A DNA stretch of 64,000 nt, taken from NCBI RefSeq assembly GCF_030028105.1, contig NC_092388.1, positions 46,940,581 through 47,004,580 on the forward strand. Reading direction: 5' to 3'. The stretch's first letter is position 1. Each line of letters starts with the position of its first letter. The notes under the pieces were generated by a model, which had not been told where the DNA came from, ran no database searches, and saw nothing but the letters and a program-made list of their open reading frames with translations. The stretch comes from Mobula birostris (taxonomy: Eukaryota). Made by a program: the position numbers and the translations under genes. Below, piece by piece: positions 62,663 to 64,000 of this stretch.

Positions 62663-63075
62663 TGCCGATTCTCCCGTGATCTGTAAGTTCTTGAGGCTGT
62701 AACGCTTTACATAACCAGCCAGCCATCCCTTACTAGCCTTAAACTCCTTCCTCTTGCTGTCCTCAACCCCCTCACAGTAGTGCTCATAGAGGCTAAGTGC
62801 TTTTTCATGCATAATTTTGCCATCAACAGGGATATGCTTCTGTGACATGTCCTCTAGCCACACGCTTAATGCTTTCTCAGTTTTTGCAAGTACTTTATCA
62901 TGAACCAGAGAGACCATTTTTGACGTTGTAGGGGCAGCACTAACACTTCCACGAATTGCAGGTTCTTTCTGCTTTATTGTGCAAATGCTCGATTCGTTCT
63001 TACCGACCGTACGGCCCACTTCGGCGTGCGACGTGCCACTTTTCAAACGATCTAAGATTGTTACTTTCTCAATGA
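62663..63075 (-). pseudogene. pogo/Tigger (TIGD1-like) HTH-psq + CENP-B-type DNA-binding segment
   Basis: EKVTILDRLKSGTSHAEVGRTVGKNESSI..EKALSVWLED..EKALSLYE..EFKASKGWL..LKNLQITGESA is the characteristic Tigger N-terminus. Confidence 0.88.
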
Positions 63076-63811
63076 ACAACGCTCAAACAGCGAGTGCTGG
63101 AGAGAGACTGAGGATCTGTGAAATGGCGGGAGGCAGGGTACGCTGCGACAATGGCTCAAGTGAGGAGGAATTTCACAAATACCCAAATAAAAAAACAGGA
63201 TTTCACCAAAAATGATCAAATATCCCAATGTTATAAGTGGTATTTTCCCCACCAGCCACCACCCCCTCTCCCCAACCCCCGCTTCCATAAAATTCCCTCT
63301 ATTTAATATGTGGCCTCTGTTAAATTCCCTGCTTGTTTATTTTGACTTTTTTTACAGAGGTGCTGGAGCGGTGCTCCGGTGAGCTCCGGCAGCACCGCTC
63401 CCCTGTTGAGTCGTTAACCAGAATGTGTTTGGGAAAGGGTGAGAACCTAGCCATAAAGAATACTGTAATTCCTCTCAGTTCTGTGATCCAGCTGGCAGGA
63501 TTTCATTTGTTGCATTAACTAGTTCACTATAAGAATACAAGAAGCAGGATCTTGCAGTTCCACTTGCTACTAAATTGGATTTTGATGGTTCAAACAGTCT
63601 CAATGCCATCTTGCCAGGAAGAAGAAAAATCTTGGCTTTAAGGCATTCTCACCTATCTGTTGTTCCTATGTACCTAAGAGTGCAGTTTGGTAACCTTCCT
63701 AATAACTCCACTAATGTTGGGTTGTCGTCTCCCACCATGTAGACCTCATCACTTCAGACATCTTTATTTCTGAATTTGGGAATTTCAGTCAGGTGAACCA
63801 TACCACAACGT

Positions 63812-64000
63812 AGAATCATAGAGATGTACAGCACAGAAACAGGCCCTTCAGCCCATGTAATCCATGCCGAAACCATTTAAACTGCCTACTCCCATCGACT
63901 TGCACCAGGACCATCGCCCTCCATATCCCTACTATCCATGTACCAATCCAAACTTCCCTTAAATGTTGATGTCGAGCTCCCATGGACAACTTGTGCTGGC
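63812..64000 (-). mobile_element. CR1 LINE 3' end (runs off the window)
   Basis: catagagatgtacagcacagaaacaggcccttcagccc is the reverse of the CR1/HER1-type tail. Confidence 0.7.

Larger units (their letters stand above)
60304..63405 (-). mobile_element. hAT DNA transposon (ZNF862/KIAA1586-like transposase), frameshifted, with in-frame Tigger-type N-terminus
   Basis: TIRs CAGGGGTGCAGTGCT / AGCACCGCTCCCCTG and 8-bp TSD TCGAGTCG/TTGAGTCG. ORFs 62378-63079, 61678-62436 (VLIDETT, RDGASVM, WHCLNHRLEL, TRW) and 60797-61609 (PISTAESQKGFS dimerisation domain). Confidence 0.92.

Overview
Vertebrate nuclear DNA. The repeat content (CR1, V-SINE/HE1-like SINEs, Penelope-like, RTE, L1, BEL) points to a cartilaginous fish, probably a ray; this is inference. 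The window holds the complete 7-exon tdp2 gene on + (23639-42640, 374 aa, all GT-AG junctions in phase) and the first coding exon of acot13 on - (1022-1105), head-to-head with it. A CpG-rich putative promoter or first exon lies at about 55.9-57.2 kb (KIAA0319 would be expected there by mammalian synteny, but no coding evidence is visible). Nearly everything else is transposable-element derived. This includes a multi-layer CR1>BEL>RTE nest, four solo LTRs, a 5'-truncated L1 with a 17-bp TSD, several hAT and mariner elements, and many Penelope-derived repeats carrying minimal hammerhead-ribozyme cores. The most unusual items are: (i) a TIR/TSD-bounded hAT element whose transposase has a pogo/Tigger CENP-B-type DNA-binding module fused in frame at its N-terminus; (ii) a 166-bp fold-back element with an intact minimal hammerhead core in tdp2 intron 1; (iii) a 22.5-kb TE-filled gap between acot13 and tdp2, with a 6-bp-TSD hAT next to the tdp2 promoter. 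Family assignments come from motif recognition by eye, and repeat boundaries without a TSD are approximate.
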